From the IMG/VR virus record IMGVR_UViG_3300049141_000098, positions 128,001-192,000 of that record: 64,000 nucleotides of DNA, one strand, 5' to 3'. This document shows, one piece after another, positions 42,199 to 51,427 of this stretch. Every line of letters begins with the position of its first letter. Position 1 is the stretch's first letter. The translations under genes were made by a program, and so were the position numbers. Source of the DNA: a virus (taxonomy: Duplodnaviria > Caudoviricetes). The notes under the pieces are model-generated. The model was given only the letters and a program-made list of their open reading frames with translations, was not told the origin of the DNA and did no database searches.

Positions 42199-42434
42199 CG
42201 CAGTCCCTCCGGAATCTTCTCCTCGATCTCTTCGGCGATGTCCTGGGTGGCCTGCCAGCTCGCGGCGTGCTCGTCGCAGCACCGGGGCTCGGGGTCCTGT
42301 GACTTCACCTCAGTGGCAATATCCCGCAGGACCTCGGCCACCAGCTTCACGGTTGGACACGGCCACGGCTCGTGGCACCAGATGCAGTGCACGCTGGGCC
42401 CCCAGTCGGTCGGCTGGTGATCTTTCCAGCTCAT
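42195..42434 (-). CDS. Small protein with CxxCxxxWPC motif
   Basis: H...CIWCHEPWPCPT, a common actinophage motif. Confidence 0.7.
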   Translation of the reverse strand: MSWKDHQPTDWGPSVHCIWCHEPWPCPTVKLVAEVLRDIATEVKSQDPEPRCCDEHAASWQATQDIAEEIEEKIPEGLR

Positions 42435-42703
42435 CTCGTCTCCCTTCCGAATCGCAGGTCCAGGCGTTGTGCGATGTTGCGCACGATCGACGCCTCTTGC
42501 CCCATGTAGGTCTTGCGCAGGAGGTCGGCCTGCTCATACAACTCCCCGACCACCTTGATGACGGCCTGCTCTTCCGTGTAGTGCCGCAGTTGCAGCACTG
42601 GACCATCCCCGAAGACCGATCGCATGAAGGCGATCATCTGCCCGGGGGTCACACCGTCCGGACTCGGCATCCGGACGGTGACCTCACGCCAGTCGTCAGT
42701 CAT
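42431..42703 (-). CDS. Hypothetical protein
   Basis: ATG 42703. Confidence 0.6.
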   Translation of the reverse strand: MTDDWREVTVRMPSPDGVTPGQMIAFMRSVFGDGPVLQLRHYTEEQAVIKVVGELYEQADLLRKTYMGQEASIVRNIAQRLDLRFGRETR

Positions 42704-42956
42704 AGACGTACTCGTCGACCCGCTCCAGGCCGGACTCGATGAGTACGAGATTCCTGCGCAGCTCATCGATCTGCTCCTCGATCCGCTTCTTGCGGTTCAG
42801 GAGGTGATCACGCATCCACTGTCGAGCCAGCTCGATCAGGCGCTCCTTGTCACCCCAGTAGTCCTCGTACATGATCGCGAAGTCGTAGGGGTCGTGAAGT
42901 CCGTGCCTCCGGGCCCACTCGTAGGTCTGGTTTCGTTCGACGCTGTCGCCGTTCAT
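42696..42956 (-). CDS. Hypothetical coiled-coil protein
   Basis: ATGA-coupled. Confidence 0.6.
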   Translation of the reverse strand: MNGDSVERNQTYEWARRHGLHDPYDFAIMYEDYWGDKERLIELARQWMRDHLLNRKKRIEEQIDELRRNLVLIESGLERVDEYVYD

Positions 42957-43390
42957 CCCTCGACCCTCACACCCTCGTGGGCCCGGCAGCGGGGCACGCC
43001 GGGGCACTTGCTGAACACCGGGAGCATCGCCCCGTAGAAGTTGGCCTGAGTCCTGTCCGGCTGCTCGTGCAGCGGGCACACCAGCGTGCTGGGGAAGTAA
43101 CCGCTCCACTGCTCGTGATCCGGGTCCAGCTCATTCAACAAGCCCTCGGCGAGCTGAATGAGATCCCTAGGGACGTTGCCCCGCTTTGCTACCGCATGAC
43201 GGAAGTTGGTACGCAGGTAGTCGACCGCTTCCCGCATGCCCGCCTCGGCGCTGCGCCGCTGGTAGTTGAGCACGCTCTCGTGGCAGAACAGCTCGCTGAT
43301 CACGCGATGCATGTCCGTCACGTTCGCCCAAGACCCCGGCGTCCGAACCTTGGCTTCACCCCAGCCATCCATGTCCATGTCGGTGCTCAC
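42953..43390 (-). CDS. Hypothetical protein
   Basis: GTGA-coupled. Confidence 0.65.
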   Translation of the reverse strand: MSTDMDMDGWGEAKVRTPGSWANVTDMHRVISELFCHESVLNYQRRSAEAGMREAVDYLRTNFRHAVAKRGNVPRDLIQLAEGLLNELDPDHEQWSGYFPSTLVCPLHEQPDRTQANFYGAMLPVFSKCPGVPRCRAHEGVRVEG

Positions 43391-44109
43391 CCGTTCCTCT
43401 CCTTCGCCTCGTTGATGGCCTGGCGCAGGGTCTCGATGTCGACCCCGCGTTCGGTCTCTTCCGTGATCTCCTCCGGCTCGACCACCGGCATGCGCACCGG
43501 CCAGAGACGGAAGCCCGGCTGCGGCAGCAGCTCAACCCGGCCGTCTTCGACAACCCACGTGAGAAGCGGCCAGCGCTCCTCGAAACGCTCAGGGTCCTTG
43601 TAGCTGGAGAGCTGCACCGTCATGGCCAGCCTCGGCCACGTCCGTGCGATCAACGCCAGCTCCTGGTTGAGGTCGTCCAGCTTGGGCCACTTGGCATCCA
43701 GGTCGGTGCCGTAGGTTCCGATCGAGCCGTCCCAGTTGCACCAGCCGGAGGGCAGCTCGAACCTGGACGCCGTCACCCGGTCATTGCCCAGGTACTCCAG
43801 GTCCAGGATTCCCAACTCCTCTCGGAGCCGTTCCCGCTCCTCGTATGGCAGCCAGTCGTTGTGGTCCCCCAGGGCTACTCCGTAGGCGGTGCAGACGGCC
43901 TGCCCCCATTCCTCACTTCGGGAGGGGAGCAGGCGACTCGGATCCGTGGTTCGCAGGCAGATCTCCCGGCCCAGCTCGGGACTCACGCTCTGACCCGCCA
44001 CCTGGAGCGTCGGCCACTTCGGCAGCTCCCGTTCGACCGGCAGGCTCGCCAGGTTCTCCCTCACCCACTCCAGCAGCACGTGCTTCGTCACGTCGCCCTC
44101 CCCGGCCAT
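43387..44109 (-). CDS. Hypothetical protein, paralog of 26808-27494
   Basis: LPKWP...CLRT...GWCNWDG...KWP...RTWPRLAMTVQL. Confidence 0.75.
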   Translation of the reverse strand: MAGEGDVTKHVLLEWVRENLASLPVERELPKWPTLQVAGQSVSPELGREICLRTTDPSRLLPSRSEEWGQAVCTAYGVALGDHNDWLPYEERERLREELGILDLEYLGNDRVTASRFELPSGWCNWDGSIGTYGTDLDAKWPKLDDLNQELALIARTWPRLAMTVQLSSYKDPERFEERWPLLTWVVEDGRVELLPQPGFRLWPVRMPVVEPEEITEETERGVDIETLRQAINEAKERNG

Positions 44110-44570
44110 CAGGCTGCGCCGTCAGCGAGGTGGATGACCGTCTCGTTGTTCGTCCGGTACTCGATGGGGATGTGCTGGCCTTCCGTCATCGAGCCGCGCT
44201 TGGTCTCGACGATGTGCTCCACGGGCCGACCCTCGTCATCCCAGGTCCACACACTCGACGACACGGCGTAAGACCCCGAGATCTCGGCCATCTCGCAGGC
44301 CTTGGCGTACTCGGCCAGCGTGCCGATCTGGGGAGCCACCTCGTCAAGGTCCCGCATCGTCCAGACGTAGCGGACTGGCTCTCGCTCGATGCCGCCCGAG
44401 AATCGAGGTTCCTCTCCCTGCTCACGATGCTTGGCGAGGTGCGCCCGGTGGTGCTCATCGAACCAGTCCAGCTCGCGCCCGTTCGCGCTCGCCGCCGCGC
44501 CCCGGTGTGACCCGTCGGGGTAGTGCAGCCGGTCGAAGTCGTCATGCCGCTCACCCTTGATGTGCCCCAT
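44109..44570 (-). CDS. Hypothetical protein
   Basis: RBS GGAAAGAGAGAAGAG. Confidence 0.65.
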   Translation of the reverse strand: MGHIKGERHDDFDRLHYPDGSHRGAAASANGRELDWFDEHHRAHLAKHREQGEEPRFSGGIEREPVRYVWTMRDLDEVAPQIGTLAEYAKACEMAEISGSYAVSSSVWTWDDEGRPVEHIVETKRGSMTEGQHIPIEYRTNNETVIHLADGAA

Positions 44571-44617
44571 CGACTCTTCTCTCTTTCCGTTTCGCTTCCG
44601 ATGCTCCGCTGGACGAC

Positions 44618-44857
44618 CTACTTCGCCACGATGAACTCGTAGCCGGTGTCGGTGGTCTCGCCGGTCCAGTTGACGGCCGCGCCATCGAGCCACTGCTTCA
44701 CTGCCTCGGTATGCGCCACCAGCTTGTCCGGCGAGACGATCGCCCGTCGCTCGACGAGGTGCCAGTCAGCCGTCTTGCCGTTGATGACCTGCTCCACGAG
44801 GATGCGGAACTCGCCCTCGCGCGTGCGGAACACCTCGGTCTTCTCCGTCACGTTCAT
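44618..44857 (-). CDS. Hypothetical protein
   Basis: RBS GGAAGGGG. Confidence 0.6.
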   Translation of the reverse strand: MNVTEKTEVFRTREGEFRILVEQVINGKTADWHLVERRAIVSPDKLVAHTEAVKQWLDGAAVNWTGETTDTGYEFIVAK

Positions 44858-44936
44858 CCCCTTCCATCTGCCACGGTGGCAGTTCGGCACGTGCACGGAA
44901 ACTCCATGCACGACCGGACTGAGACTGGGGCTGGTC

Positions 44937-45218
44937 CTACTCGTCGGGGGCCACATAGTAGGGCGCGTAAGCACCCATCTCGATCAGCCGAATGTCGATG
45001 GCCCGGGTAGTCCTGACGACCAGGTCCGGGTTCTCGTTGGCGGCGAACACGGGTCGCTCCGCCCGGTTCACATCGTTGGCGATCTCGTGCCGGAGCTTGG
45101 ACTTGATCTGCTCGACGAGGTAGCGAACCTTGTTCTGATGGGACTGCTCACTACTCAGCGTGCCCACCATGTGGAGCAGCAGCTCCTCGGGGTCCTCCCG
45201 GGTGCCGTTCTGCATCAT
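44937..45218 (-). CDS. Hypothetical protein
   Basis: RBS GGAAAGGGAAAAGAG. Confidence 0.65.
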   Translation of the reverse strand: MMQNGTREDPEELLLHMVGTLSSEQSHQNKVRYLVEQIKSKLRHEIANDVNRAERPVFAANENPDLVVRTTRAIDIRLIEMGAYAPYYVAPDE

Positions 45219-45243
45219 CTCTTTTCCCTTTCCGAAGTCCGTT

Positions 45244-45579
45244 TCAGTCACCCTCTGCGAGATGGGCAGCCAGTGCGACCTCCATCTCTTGAGCGGTTCC
45301 GATCAGCCGTTCCGACGCGCTGTTTACAGTGAGCCTGTCGGCGCCCTGCCTCCGGCTCTCGGTGCCGTTGATGTCGGCCACGAGCGTCTCCATATACCGC
45401 GAGAGCAGCCGGTAACGGGCCCACCACTGGCTCGCCCCGTTGACCACCAGCTCGTCGATGACGCCCCTGGTTTCGGACAGCCATGCGTCGAACGTGGTCG
45501 GATCGTCCGGCCAGGGCTTGAGGCAGCCGATCTCGTAGTCGTCGAATCCGACGCCGATCGTGACGGGGATCTCCTTCAC
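45244..45579 (-). CDS. Hypothetical protein
   Basis: GTGA-coupled. Confidence 0.6.
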   Translation of the reverse strand: MKEIPVTIGVGFDDYEIGCLKPWPDDPTTFDAWLSETRGVIDELVVNGASQWWARYRLLSRYMETLVADINGTESRRQGADRLTVNSASERLIGTAQEMEVALAAHLAEGD

Positions 45580-46073
45580 GCCGTAGCTCTCCGCGCCTTC
45601 TCGAAGGCGGCGTTCTCGGCGTCGCGAAGCAGCTCCTCGAACGAGCGACCGACGGCCCACGCCTCGTTCACACGACCGTGGAAGAAGTGGTCGGCGACCT
45701 GTGAAGCCAGGGGCACAGTGCTCATCGTGAGGGACGACCAGTTGAAGCCCCACAGGATGCCCTCCTGGTACTCCTCCAGAGCCCAGTGGTGGGCGTATCC
45801 CTGCGAGCAGAACATGCCGCAGAAGCGCTCGGCGTCCTCCCTGGAGGCGACGCGATAGAAGGGCTTGAGGGTGACCGGCTTGTGATTGCCGTCGTCGACC
45901 TCGGGGGCGCCGACCTTGGTGGGGTAGTAGACCACCAGGCCGCCCATGCTGGGGCTGATCGAAATCGACAGCTCCCACTCTCCCTCGCTGGCCATCATCT
46001 CCGGCTGCTTGGCGTACGGCCATGCCGAGTTCCAGCGGACACCGGGGGGTCGCTCGAAGGCGCGTCCAGCCAT
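45576..46073 (-). CDS. Hypothetical protein
   Basis: RBS AAGGAGAAG. Confidence 0.65.
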   Translation of the reverse strand: MAGRAFERPPGVRWNSAWPYAKQPEMMASEGEWELSISISPSMGGLVVYYPTKVGAPEVDDGNHKPVTLKPFYRVASREDAERFCGMFCSQGYAHHWALEEYQEGILWGFNWSSLTMSTVPLASQVADHFFHGRVNEAWAVGRSFEELLRDAENAAFEKARRATA

Positions 46074-46244
46074 GTGAATCTTCTCCTTGATTCCGAAATT
46101 ACTGCTCTTTGTGATCTCTTGCGCTGCGCCGGGCGTCACCCCACCGTGCAGCGATCCTTCCAGACACCGTCCCGGCGGGCCGGGCGTTCATCCAGGATTT
46201 CAGCCAGCTTTCCTCGAACTCCCGAGACAGCTTCAGTGTTCGTT

Positions 46245-46448
46245 CTAGCGACTCCCGGCGCCACGCTCCGATATAGCACCCTGCTGAGCCATGCGGCGCA
46301 GTCTGGATGAGTGGTCCTTCAGCTCCTCCAAGCTGAGCCCACGACGGAATTTGGCGCGCAACCTGGACTGTGCCCACAAGGCTTCGAACTCCCTCGCCGT
46401 GTCCTGCGGGCTCCGCTGGGACGGCTCACTCGGATTGGCTGTCTCCAT
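46245..46448 (-). CDS. Hypothetical protein
   Basis: ORF with RBS; overlaps alternative ORF 46099-46377. Confidence 0.4.
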   Translation of the reverse strand: METANPSEPSQRSPQDTAREFEALWAQSRLRAKFRRGLSLEELKDHSSRLRRMAQQGAISERGAGSR

Positions 46449-46470
46449 CCGAGTATCGTCCCCTACATAC

Positions 46471-46773
46471 TCACGCCTTGTCTTGAATTCTCACCGCAAT
46501 GATCTGCTTGGCGGTCACCCCCGGCACCAGTTCGCCGCCGTCGGCCAGTACTTCGAAGGATTCGCCGCCAGGTCGAATGCCTTCGATGTGGCCTCGGTAG
46601 AAGTGGCCGGTGGAATCCCGCACGGCGACCTGGGCGACGCTCCCCTCCGGCTTGTTCTCGATCAGGATCTTCAGTGCCGTGTAGTCGAGCGCGCCCGTGA
46701 ACTCCCGGAAATACTTGAGCTTTTCCAGAGTTCGCCCCAGCTCCGTCTCCAGGATCTGCATCTGACTCGGCAT
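46471..46773 (-). CDS. Hypothetical protein
   Basis: RBS GGAAAAGGGGAGG. Confidence 0.7.
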   Translation of the reverse strand: MPSQMQILETELGRTLEKLKYFREFTGALDYTALKILIENKPEGSVAQVAVRDSTGHFYRGHIEGIRPGGESFEVLADGGELVPGVTAKQIIAVRIQDKA

Positions 46774-46865
46774 GCCGTTCCTCCCCTTTTCCGTTTCTCG
46801 CGCCCACGCTGAGAGCACTCCGCGTGCGGTCGGTTTCCCGGCCGCCACGGGGCGCCATCAGTGCG

Positions 46866-47162
46866 TCATCTGTTCCGCTGCCACGGCTGCGGAAGCTCCC
46901 CGCCCCACGACAGGCGCTCATCCAGCGCCTCGATGAGGTCGGCGAGCTGTGCTCCCAGCTCTGCCGCCACCTCAAGGTCCCGGTTTGACGTCATGATGCT
47001 TCGGATCTCCCGGATGGTTTCCAGGATCTCGTTCGCCGTGGCCTCCGGCTTAACGTCGTCCACTCTCTTCACCTCTCCGACTGGTCGATATCGATACGAA
47101 ACGAGTCCCGCTCGGTCCCGCACACGCAATTCTCTGGAGAGCAGTAGCAGCCCTCTTCCCAC
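46866..47162 (-). CDS. Hypothetical protein (start uncertain)
   Basis: ORF. Confidence 0.5.
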   Translation of the reverse strand: MGRGLLLLSRELRVRDRAGLVSYRYRPVGEVKRVDDVKPEATANEILETIREIRSIMTSNRDLEVAAELGAQLADLIEALDERLSWGGELPQPWQRNR

Positions 47163-47202
47163 CAGCGTCGCTGCGGCGGCCTGTCATCACCCTGCTGGCC
47201 GC

Positions 47203-47583
47203 TCACCGCACGTAGTCCTTCATCTCGGGGAAGGCGGCGACGACCAGCTCGGTCAGCCACTTCCTTGCCTGCTCCTGCTCGTTGAAGCTGAGGCTGGGGT
47301 AGTCACCCCACGTGGCCAGATTTGCTGTGCCCCAGTGCTTGAGTTCTTCCCGGTAGATGTCGGCGATCTGGCGCTGAGTCAGCTCGGTCGGAAGCTCCTC
47401 CGGACGGTCGCCCTGGCGCTCGTCGTCCGGAGTGAGCCGGTTGCGGTAGTACTGGCTTCCCAGACCGTCGACCAGGTCGTGCACTTCGGGCTGAACCAGG
47501 ATTGAGAGGTTCAGCCAGGCCACCGGGCGCGTGCTCCCGTCGGAAAGCTCATCCTTACCCTTGCGCACCTTGATGCCAGCCAC
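47203..47583 (-). CDS. Hypothetical protein
   Basis: RBS GAAAGGGGAG before GTG 47583. Confidence 0.7.
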   Translation of the reverse strand: MAGIKVRKGKDELSDGSTRPVAWLNLSILVQPEVHDLVDGLGSQYYRNRLTPDDERQGDRPEELPTELTQRQIADIYREELKHWGTANLATWGDYPSLSFNEQEQARKWLTELVVAAFPEMKDYVR

Positions 47584-47597
47584 CCGTTTCTCCCCTT

Positions 47598-47981
47598 TCA
47601 GTCTGATTCGGCGATTGCTGCCTGAGCGATGAAGTTGCGGGCCGCGTTCTCGGCGATCTGCTGTGTGAGACCGTAGATGCCGCTGTTGGCGAGCTTGCTC
47701 GTGAGGATCCAATCGATCTGGGCTTTCCGAGTGTCCCGGATGCGGTCGAGTACCTTGTCGTCGTTGTAGGCACTGTTTCCGACGGCATCGAGGGCAAGGG
47801 ACCCCTCGTAGAGGCTGTACAACGCGCGAGCGGCGTAGAAGTCAACGAAGTGGTCGCCGTCCAGCTCCATCGGCCGGTCGGCCAGGATCGTTCGCAGGTT
47901 CTCCAGCTTCGCGGTGTACCCCTTGTGGGCATTGCTTGCGTAGCGGCGCACCATGGCCGCCCGGGTGGTCTTGTCGAGCAC
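47598..47981 (-). CDS. Hypothetical protein
   Basis: RBS GGAAGGGAGAAGG; first gene after operator copy 7. Confidence 0.7.
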   Translation of the reverse strand: MLDKTTRAAMVRRYASNAHKGYTAKLENLRTILADRPMELDGDHFVDFYAARALYSLYEGSLALDAVGNSAYNDDKVLDRIRDTRKAQIDWILTSKLANSGIYGLTQQIAENAARNFIAQAAIAESD

Positions 47982-48168
47982 TTACCTTCTCCCTTCCATC
48001 AAACTCTGTGTCGCGGGTTCGTTGCATGCTGCCGCCGTCCGGCTTCTCGCCCAGATCTAGCGGCCAGAGAGGCTGGATGGACGCTCAGCCTCCCGCGTCC
48101 AGCGTCAGGATCAGACCGTAACGCAGGCCACTGACAACGCTGTTCTGGCTGTAGCACTTCAGCTCTTA

Positions 48169-48180
48169 TGACCTAGGCCA
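48169..48180. promoter_or_regulatory. Palindromic operator-like motif, copy 7
   Basis: TGACCTAGGCCA, just downstream of a terminator on -. Confidence 0.65.
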
Positions 48181-48196
48181 TCGTACAGAACAAAGA

Positions 48197-48223
48197 AGGG
48201 GCTCGCCATGAGGCGAGCCCCTC
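48197..48223 (-). terminator. Intrinsic terminator
   Basis: GGGGCTCGCC / GGCGAGCCCC with T-rich tail on -. Confidence 0.65.
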
Positions 48224-48227
48224 TGGG

Positions 48228-48659
48228 TCAGCCGATGTAGGTCACGCCATGAGTCCCGTCAGCCGGGTCGTGCAAGTCCTCCCAGGGAATGGTGAGGATC
48301 CCCAGCATGAGCTTGCCGTACTTGCCGAAATTCCGGTCGTCCTCGTTCGGCTCACCGTCGTCGTCGTAGTTGTTCGCCAGGGCGTACTCATGAGCCGACA
48401 TCACCGCCTCGTGCAGCAGGAGGGCTTCGCTGACGGTCAGGGTCAGCTCGTCCGGCAGTGCGGCATCGTGGTTGTACTCCTGACAGACGTCGGCGTAGAC
48501 CTCCGCCCTCTCGTCATCGAGGTGAACGCCCTGGTCGGAGCCGTGCGCCACGGCGGTACGCAGGATGTCCCACAGTGTGATCTCAGTGCCGCCAAGGCGG
48601 ATTTCCTTCAGGTTGTAGCGGAACCGGTCAGTGTCGGCCGGGGGTGTGCGCACCGCCAT
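48228..48659 (-). CDS. Acidic hypothetical protein, tandem paralog of 48663-49103
   Basis: PADTDRFRYNLKEIRLGG...ANNY...FGKYGKLML. Confidence 0.75.
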   Translation of the reverse strand: MAVRTPPADTDRFRYNLKEIRLGGTEITLWDILRTAVAHGSDQGVHLDDERAEVYADVCQEYNHDAALPDELTLTVSEALLLHEAVMSAHEYALANNYDDDGEPNEDDRNFGKYGKLMLGILTIPWEDLHDPADGTHGVTYIG

Positions 48660-48662
48660 AAG

Positions 48663-49103
48663 TCAGCTCTCCAGCTTCTCGAATCCGTGACTGCCGTCGT
48701 CGGTGAAGGTCAGAGCCTCCCACGGCCACGCCAGCGCGTGCAGCATGAACTTCCCGTGCTGCCCGAACGTCCGGGCGTCATCGTCCTGCTCGTCGTCGGC
48801 GCCGTAGTTGTTCTGGTCGGCGTACTCCCAGGCCGACACGCAGGCGTCGTACAACTCGCGAGCCTGGGCGACCGTGAGGTCCAGCCACATGCCGTTCTGC
48901 ACATCGACGCGGTACCGCCAACACGTCTCGGCGAACTCGGCCGCCCGTCCGGCGTCGTCGTGCACGCCTTCGTCGTCACCAAGCATGCAGGCGTACTCCA
49001 GCATCTCCCGCAGCGTGGGACCTCCGAGTCCAGTACCGCCGAGCTGGATCTCGTCCAGGCGGTAACGGTAGCGGTCGGTCTCGGCAGGCATGGTGCGAAG
49101 CAT
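48663..49103 (-). CDS. Acidic hypothetical protein, tandem paralog of 48228-48659
   Basis: PAETDRYRYRLDEIQLGG...QNNY...FGQHGKFML. Confidence 0.75.
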   Translation of the reverse strand: MLRTMPAETDRYRYRLDEIQLGGTGLGGPTLREMLEYACMLGDDEGVHDDAGRAAEFAETCWRYRVDVQNGMWLDLTVAQARELYDACVSAWEYADQNNYGADDEQDDDARTFGQHGKFMLHALAWPWEALTFTDDGSHGFEKLES

Positions 49104-49117
49104 GATTTCCCCCTTGG

Positions 49118-49444
49118 CTAGAGCCACTGAATGGTGTCGGCCCGAACGAGGAACGGGCGCTGTCGCTCTTCTTCCGGAACGTTCGTGCAGTTCGGATCGT
49201 CGCAGCAGCCATCACCACACATTGGATCGGCGCAACGCTCCGGCTCCGGAATCTCGACCTGCACCCGAACCCGGGTCTTCAGCTCAATGGCCTCAGCGAG
49301 GAGAGGAAGCCAGTCATCGCTCCCCCAGAAGGCGCCGGGGCTCCCCTCGATGGTGAAGGCAGCGATAGTCCCACTGTCGTCCTCGCGGTCGTGCGCCCAT
49401 GCCTTTGCGACCAGGCCTTCGTGCGTCTCTGCCTTCACGGTCAT
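49118..49444 (-). CDS. Hypothetical protein
   Basis: RBS GGGAGAGGG. Confidence 0.6.
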   Translation of the reverse strand: MTVKAETHEGLVAKAWAHDREDDSGTIAAFTIEGSPGAFWGSDDWLPLLAEAIELKTRVRVQVEIPEPERCADPMCGDGCCDDPNCTNVPEEERQRPFLVRADTIQWL

Positions 49445-49496
49445 GATCCCTCTCCCTGTCCGAACTTCGAAGGGCCTGCCCATCGGCAGGCCCCCA

Positions 49497-49685
49497 TCAC
49501 GTCACCTTCGCGGGCCGGTGCCCATCGCGAACGTACAGACCGGTGCCTGCGATGTACTGGCAACTCGGGTCGTACTCGTCGGCGTAGAGGTCAACGACTT
49601 CACCCCGGTGAGTGCTCTGCCCGACGAAGGCCCGCCTGTCCTTGCAGGCCTCGCACCACTTCTTCGGGTCGGCCTGAAGCATCAC
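49497..49685 (-). CDS. Small Zn-ribbon protein
   Basis: CEAC motif; GTGA overlap. Confidence 0.55.
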   Translation of the reverse strand: MMLQADPKKWCEACKDRRAFVGQSTHRGEVVDLYADEYDPSCQYIAGTGLYVRDGHRPAKVT

Positions 49686-49900
49686 CCTTCACTCACCCCG
49701 CCTTCGTCCGTGAGCGATGTCCCCCAGTTGGCCTCGAAAGCGGCGTCCCGAGTCATCCGGACTCGGCCGGTCAGCTTCCCAGGCACCTCTTCATCCCCGG
49801 TGGCGGCGATCCGGTAGTCGGTGGCGTCCCACTCCACCTGGAAGGCCACCCCAGGGGCGACCCGCACCCAGCCGGTGCCCTTGCTGTCGTCGCCGTACAT
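49682..49900 (-). CDS. Hypothetical protein
   Basis: RBS AAGGGGAGG. Confidence 0.55.
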   Translation of the reverse strand: MYGDDSKGTGWVRVAPGVAFQVEWDATDYRIAATGDEEVPGKLTGRVRMTRDAAFEANWGTSLTDEGGVSEG

Positions 49901-49917
49901 CAACCCCAGCCCTCCCC

Positions 49918-50166
49918 TTACGACTTGTTGTACTGCGGATCCGGACTGCTCCCCCACAGACTCAGCACTCGACCGTCCTTCAGCACCAACGAGCAGGTTT
50001 CTCGCTGACCGGCGTTCACCGAGTTCCACATCTGAAGGGCCTGCTGCTTGGCATCGTCGGCGGCTTCGCCGAGCGTGATCAGGATCGCCGTGACGGCGGC
50101 CATGACCTCGCCGCCGTCGTACAGGGTGACCTGTACGGCATGGCCGATGCGATAGTCCCAGCTCAT
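49918..50166 (-). CDS. Small protein, tandem paralog family member 5
   Basis: ATGA-coupled; ends LKDGRVLSLW. Confidence 0.65.
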   Translation of the reverse strand: MSWDYRIGHAVQVTLYDGGEVMAAVTAILITLGEAADDAKQQALQMWNSVNAGQRETCSLVLKDGRVLSLWGSSPDPQYNKS

Positions 50167-50390
50167 GCGCGTTCCCACTCTCGATCGATCCGGACCCAGG
50201 TCTCCTCGGCCACCCACTGGTGGTGAATCAGAGCGGCCGTGGCTCCCCGCTGCGCCTGCTGTCCACGCTTCCGAGCCTCCTCGGCCGACGCTCCGAGACC
50301 CAGAGCAATGCCGGTTACGAGGGCCGTCAGGGCTGCCTCGCCGGTTACCAGCGTCCGCTCCCCGTTCATCGTCATGCTGTAGTCCGTCAC
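50163..50390 (-). CDS. Small protein, tandem paralog family member 4
   Basis: GTGA-coupled. Confidence 0.6.
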   Translation of the reverse strand: MTDYSMTMNGERTLVTGEAALTALVTGIALGLGASAEEARKRGQQAQRGATAALIHHQWVAEETWVRIDREWERA

Positions 50391-50632
50391 GCCCGCACCT
50401 CCTCTGTCCACATGCGAACCTGCCGAGAGTCCGACAGTGTCATCGTCAAGCCGTCCGGCGCCCCCACTGTCATCAGGCAATCCACTGCCCCCTCGACGGC
50501 GTCGGCCGCTTCCTTGGGGTTCCAGCCACCGCCCAGCAGAATGCCGTAGAGGAGGGTATTCAGCTCGTCCGCAACCATGACGCTGATAGGGGTCCGCATT
50601 TCGTCCCCAACCGTGACCTTGCACAACCTCAT
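50387..50632 (-). CDS. Small protein, tandem paralog family member 3
   Basis: ATGA-coupled; LSDSRQVRMW. Confidence 0.65.
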   Translation of the reverse strand: MRLCKVTVGDEMRTPISVMVADELNTLLYGILLGGGWNPKEAADAVEGAVDCLMTVGAPDGLTMTLSDSRQVRMWTEEVRA

Positions 50633-50874
50633 GCCCCCTCCTCCCACCAGGCCCGGACCCAGTCCCCATCGGGACGAACGTCAGTGACCTTGTTGTCCGG
50701 GGCGAACCGGCCACCCTTGCCCAGACGCAAGGCCGTGGTGCGGGCGGTCGAGTCGGCGCTCCCCTCGCTCCATCCGTGCTCCGTGAGCAGGGCGGTCAGG
50801 TGTGTCTGAACTTCTTCCGGCGTGCTCATTTCGCGCGGCTCATCGGCGCCGACCTGGATCACGTAGGTCTTCAC
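50629..50874 (-). CDS. Small protein, tandem paralog family member 2
   Basis: GTGA-coupled. Confidence 0.65.
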   Translation of the reverse strand: MKTYVIQVGADEPREMSTPEEVQTHLTALLTEHGWSEGSADSTARTTALRLGKGGRFAPDNKVTDVRPDGDWVRAWWEEGA

Positions 50875-51119
50875 TCGTCACCCTCCCCCGGCTGCACGAC
50901 GCTCAGCCGCAGAACCCGGCCGTCCTCCAGCCTCTCCACGGGCTCGTCCTTGGACTTCACGACAGAGTCGACCAGCTTGTTGACCCGGTCCCGAGCCTGC
51001 CAGCCCGGGACGCCCTGACCGATCATGAGGCCGAACAGCATGGCCCACAGTCGGCCGCTGTCGTTGGTGGTGTACTCCAGGCCGCCGTCGATCTGCACCC
51101 AGTAGTGCTCTTCGTTCAC
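50871..51119 (-). CDS. Small protein, tandem paralog family member 1
   Basis: RBS GGAAAGGAG; LEDGRVLRLSV. Confidence 0.65.
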   Translation of the reverse strand: MNEEHYWVQIDGGLEYTTNDSGRLWAMLFGLMIGQGVPGWQARDRVNKLVDSVVKSKDEPVERLEDGRVLRLSVVQPGEGDE

Positions 51120-51193
51120 TTTTCTCTCCTTTCCGTTCCGGTGGTCCACCAAGGGACACGGGCTGCGCCCGTATCCCCTAGAAGCTGACCGGC

Positions 51194-51427
51194 TCAGTGA
51201 TGCGCAAGGCGGGCAACGTACTGTCTGCCCGAACTGCGCATGTTGTCCGCCACAGGGGCGACCGCGACTTCCATGGCGCATCCCGGACAGGAGACCTTCT
51301 CGCCTTGCTCGTAGGGCCCCGGGTCGGGCGTCCACGGGCCCATCCCGTTGAACGGATCGACCGGCTGCGTCCAGCGGCTCACTGTTCCACCGCTGCGCAC
51401 ACAGGGTTCCTGCGTCCCCTCAGCCAC
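51194..51427 (-). CDS. Small Cys-containing protein
   Basis: CPGC motif. Confidence 0.55.
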   Translation of the reverse strand: MAEGTQEPCVRSGGTVSRWTQPVDPFNGMGPWTPDPGPYEQGEKVSCPGCAMEVAVAPVADNMRSSGRQYVARLAHH

